Below, piece by piece: positions 60,647 through 64,000 of a stretch of DNA of 64,000 nucleotides; the first letter of the stretch is position 1; each line of letters begins with the position of its first letter. This DNA is from Phaeosaccion multiseriatum. Taxonomy: Eukaryota; Protista; Ochrophyta, other classes. A program made the translations under genes and the position numbers. The notes under the pieces were generated by a model. It ran no database searches. It saw only the letters and a program-made list of their open reading frames with translations, and was not told where the DNA came from. The stretch lies in assembly GCA_965112735.1 (NCBI GenBank), contig OZ218956.1, positions 1,178,001-1,242,000 of the forward strand, read 5' to 3'.

Positions 60647-63302
60647 TCAGGTGCCCCCTCCGTCTGTCGAAGCTTCATGTTGCTGTGGAACTGCACTGCT
60701 TGCCATACTCCCCCCGCTCACGCCCCTCGCGCTACTTGACGCCTCCCCTCCCTGCCCTTCTCCGCCCACCGCCGCTGACCCACTTTGGGGTAGCTCACAG
60801 TTGGCACATGCGCTGTGTGTGCATGTGTGATAGATTTGTTTGGGTGGATTTTGTTTGGGTTTGACATGCAATGGCGGGGACGAACGAGACAAAAAGAGAG
60901 AATGGAAGAGAGGAGAGGAGGGATGAGTTGAGGGGTGGGGTGGGGGTGGGGGACGGACCCTTTATGCCCCCAATACTGAAGGGCAACCTCCCTTGACACT
61001 CTGCCCACATACACTGTGCTTCACGCCTCCTTGCGCGAGCCCCTTCGCGTACATGCCTCCTTCCCTCGCGTAATATCTTAACTCGCTCGCTCCTTCCTCA
61101 CTCCCTGCCTCCCTCCCTCCCTTCCCTAACCCGCCCCACCTCCCCTCTCTTACCAGCCGTCGGTTTCCGCGCAGCCGCCCAAGCCCGCATTACCACCCGC
61201 GCCTGCTCTTCCCGCCGCCCTCCTCGCCCTCCTCTCCCGCTCCCTCCGCTGCTCCCGCACAATGTAATCGTATGTTGTGAGCCCCTCTCTCATCAATACA
61301 ACATGGAAGCCCAACAGCTGCAACAAGAGCCCAACAAAGGGGAGGAGCAGCACAGCAAAGCAGTACACCAGCGCCACGTGACCCGTTGCACCCAGCGTGC
61401 TGCCACTATAGCTCACTGAGTTGGGTGGTGGTGGTGGTGGTGGTGGTGGTGGTGGTGGTGGTGGTGTGGAAGGAAGTAGGAAGTAGACAAAGCCACCACA
61501 CAAGAGGGTGGCAGGTAGGAGAAGCAGAGAGGAGCAGGGAAGGGAGGGACGGGAGGTGATCATAAGAGTAAAAATTAAAGTCGGCGGAGCAGGGGACGCA
61601 TCCGGCCAAACAGGCGGGGAGGAGAGGAAGAAGGGAGGTAAACATAGACTGGAGATCATAAACACACGAGAGAGAGCGCGAGCCGGAGACACATGTCATC
61701 ATCTGGTATCCGCCGAGCTCCTCTCCTTCACCGAAGGTTAAGGGGCCTCATCTAGTGCAAACCCCGGCGTGCCACACCCACGGTGGGTACTCCGTCACCA
61801 GCACCAGCACCAGCACCAGCACCAGCACCATCATCATCATCATCATCGTCACCACCACCACTATCATCACCATCACCACCACCAACTTCTTCCTGCCCTA
61901 CTCATACTACTCACATTCATCCTTATACTCCTCCCGATCCGAGTGGAAGACGACCACCCGCCACAAAGAGAGGCTGAGCTGTAGGGAGGTCATAAAGAAT
62001 GTGGAGAGGAGCAGCGCGAGGAAGTGTCTGTAGTTCTTCCTGCCCACGCAGTTATTGAGCCATCGGCAGTGGTGATCGAAGCTCTCCACGCACTTGTCGC
62101 AATAGCGGCAGTGGCGGCTGCCCTTGGTCACATAGAGCTGTTCTTGTTGGTTTGTGGTTGTTAGGTGAGCATGTTGGAGTGGTGGTTTCGAGGGGTGTGT
62201 GTGTGGGGGGGGGGTTGCTGAGTTCGTCAGTTGACTTTTTAAGACATGGAAGTGCAGGAGGTTACAGAGAGAGGAGAGAGCAAGTGCGAAAGCGAAGTAT
62301 ATGAAGCCCCCCTGGACACATGCGTAGGGCGGTGATTGCTCGTTGCCACACATCTCCATACTACTGAGACAGACGTGACCCCTCTCCGTCATTCCTCTCC
62401 AGGTCACGTGCGAATACATTCGTGCACAGGCTCAGGCTCATCACAACACCCCCCCCTTCACTCTCTATCTCTCTGCCAAACACTGGACCGACCTGACAGA
62501 GGAAGCAGAAGGTCTTGTCCGGGGAAGCAGAGTCGTGACCGACGGTCTGAGTTAACACGAAGAGGAGGACAGACGGTCAGGAGGGCAGGAGGGGAGAGTC
62601 GGTGGCAGCGCGCAAGAGGGAAGGCTGCAATCAACCGGGTGACAGAGATAGAGTCCCCCTCTCCGGATGACACTTCTCTTATCACCCCTGAAGAAAGCTT
62701 TTCGCGGCTTGACGGCCGTTTATAGGCCTTCCACTCACCCCGCTTCTGTGTAGCAGAACATTCGGATCCACGGGGTCTATCCTACACGCGATGTACCCAA
62801 ACACGAGCGAAAGCGCCGCCATTAGGCCATAGACTATGGCACAGGGGACGCCCACGGAGCTCGGCAGGCCCGGCAGGAGCACGCCGTAAAAGCCGCACAC
62901 GAGCAATATAAACAACGCCCACGTCACTATCTGCAGCGGCTCCAGAGGGGCCTGGAAGCTGAGGATGGGTGGAGGTTCACGGGGGGGAGGGGGGTGGGGA
63001 GTAGGACAACAAATGAATGCAATCACCCAATGAAGGACCAGTCAAGGGTTACGCTTTGCGAAGGGACAGGAGATCAGCCAAGGGGGGGGTCCTTCCTGCA
63101 TGCTTCACCACAGATAGAATGCCTTCCCTTGATTTGGAAATACGATACGGCTGCCGAGCGGCTGCAGATGAAAACCATCTGCCGGATGAGAAAGCATGGA
63201 GTGTAGTTGCTCTCCTTTTTGCTCTTCCTTCTCTCCCCCCTCGCCCCCCCGACACACATAGGTCCACGCACACATACACACCACTTACCCATTCTTCCTC
63301 AT
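60647..63302 (-). CDS. DHHC-type palmitoyl acyltransferase
   Basis: [33 protein letters not shown] and GLTTYDYI. The 14-nt first coding exon (63302-63289) splices to 62958, giving [14 protein letters not shown]. The last exon is probably 60812-60647. Confidence 0.93.
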
Positions 63303-64000
63303 GCTGACTCACTCTCACGATCGGCCTGAAGTACTACGATGAATGCTGGGAGCCGAAGCCAAGGCCCCCTTCGCTGGAAGAATTACACCGAACCGTCTTG
63401 TTGCTCAGCAAATCGACCCGCAATGATGTCGACCCACAAAGAGGCCAGAGTGCCTCCTCTTCTTTCTGACGTCTATCGCCTGCCCATGCCCCTGTGCTGC
63501 AGTTGTCCCGTGGCCCTGTTGGCGCTATTTCCTTCCTCCAGCCTGTGAACTTGTTCCTGAGTCGACCCGATCGATCGATACGCTGCTTCCCTGCCCTCTC
63601 GCTGGCCCTTTTGAAGATCGACGTGAGAATGAGCTCTTGTTTCGAGTCCTCTCGCTCCGCAGCTGCAGCTGGTGATGCCAATTCGCTGAGCAATGCCTCT
63701 TACGTGACCGCCAAAAAAAAGGTTGGACGAGTACGCTGCGCAAAAGCAGGTGCAAGCAAGCTGGGGCGAGGAGAACAGACGTAACCCCGTTCAAGCCCCG
63801 ATGCTTTGTCCTCCAAACCACGTTGCAAGTACTGCACGCCAGCTTCGTCTCTCTCTCTCTCTCTCTGAATTGGAGACGTCACAGAAATTCGCTAATTTTA
63901 ATTCTTCCCGGAGAAGGAGAGCCCTGCCCGCTGCGCCAGCAGCAGCAGCCGCAGCAGTAGTAGCTGAAAGGATAGCCAACCCCTATGCTCGAACCCTTCG

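Noticed and set aside
63334-64000. Possible 3' exons of a further minus-strand gene
   Set aside because: No domain and no frame-consistent splice model found. The stop would lie only about 30 bp from the DHHC ATG, so this may be UTR or promoter.

Overview
This is gene-dense, GC-rich, intron-containing eukaryotic nuclear DNA. It is most consistent with a photosynthetic stramenopile (eustigmatophyte-like). That is an inference from ASAFAP-type presequences, microsatellite-filled introns and a ciliary TOGARAM-like gene. I reconstructed about 15 genes by hand from splice signals: an unknown modular gene (<1-3091), SPFH/band-7, BAR-PH-like, TOGARAM-like, dolichol kinase, a TM + ATG2/VPS13-C-like protein, EF-hand/ankyrin, DPH2, a standalone SWIB gene the ORF track catches only in part, a TolB-like propeller, a CBR1-like SDR, GMP reductase, ankyrin-SAM, an SLC35F6-like transporter and a DHHC palmitoyltransferase. 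I saw no rRNA, tRNA, CRISPR array or autonomous transposon. Four signals stand out. (1) A fixed 9-nt cassette TTGGTGAT(A/G) sits in register inside CAG/GCA-type runs 14 times across five unrelated genes, in different reading frames and once antisense. (2) The first gene is built from duplicated symmetric phase-1 exon cassettes (75, 12 and 219 nt), including two 12-nt micro-exons. (3) There are two MITE/foldback families plus a dispersed CTAGGCC-rich element end. (4) Several introns have purine-rich SSRs at the 5' end and complementary pyrimidine-rich SSRs at the 3' end. All exon coordinates are manual predictions without transcript support.
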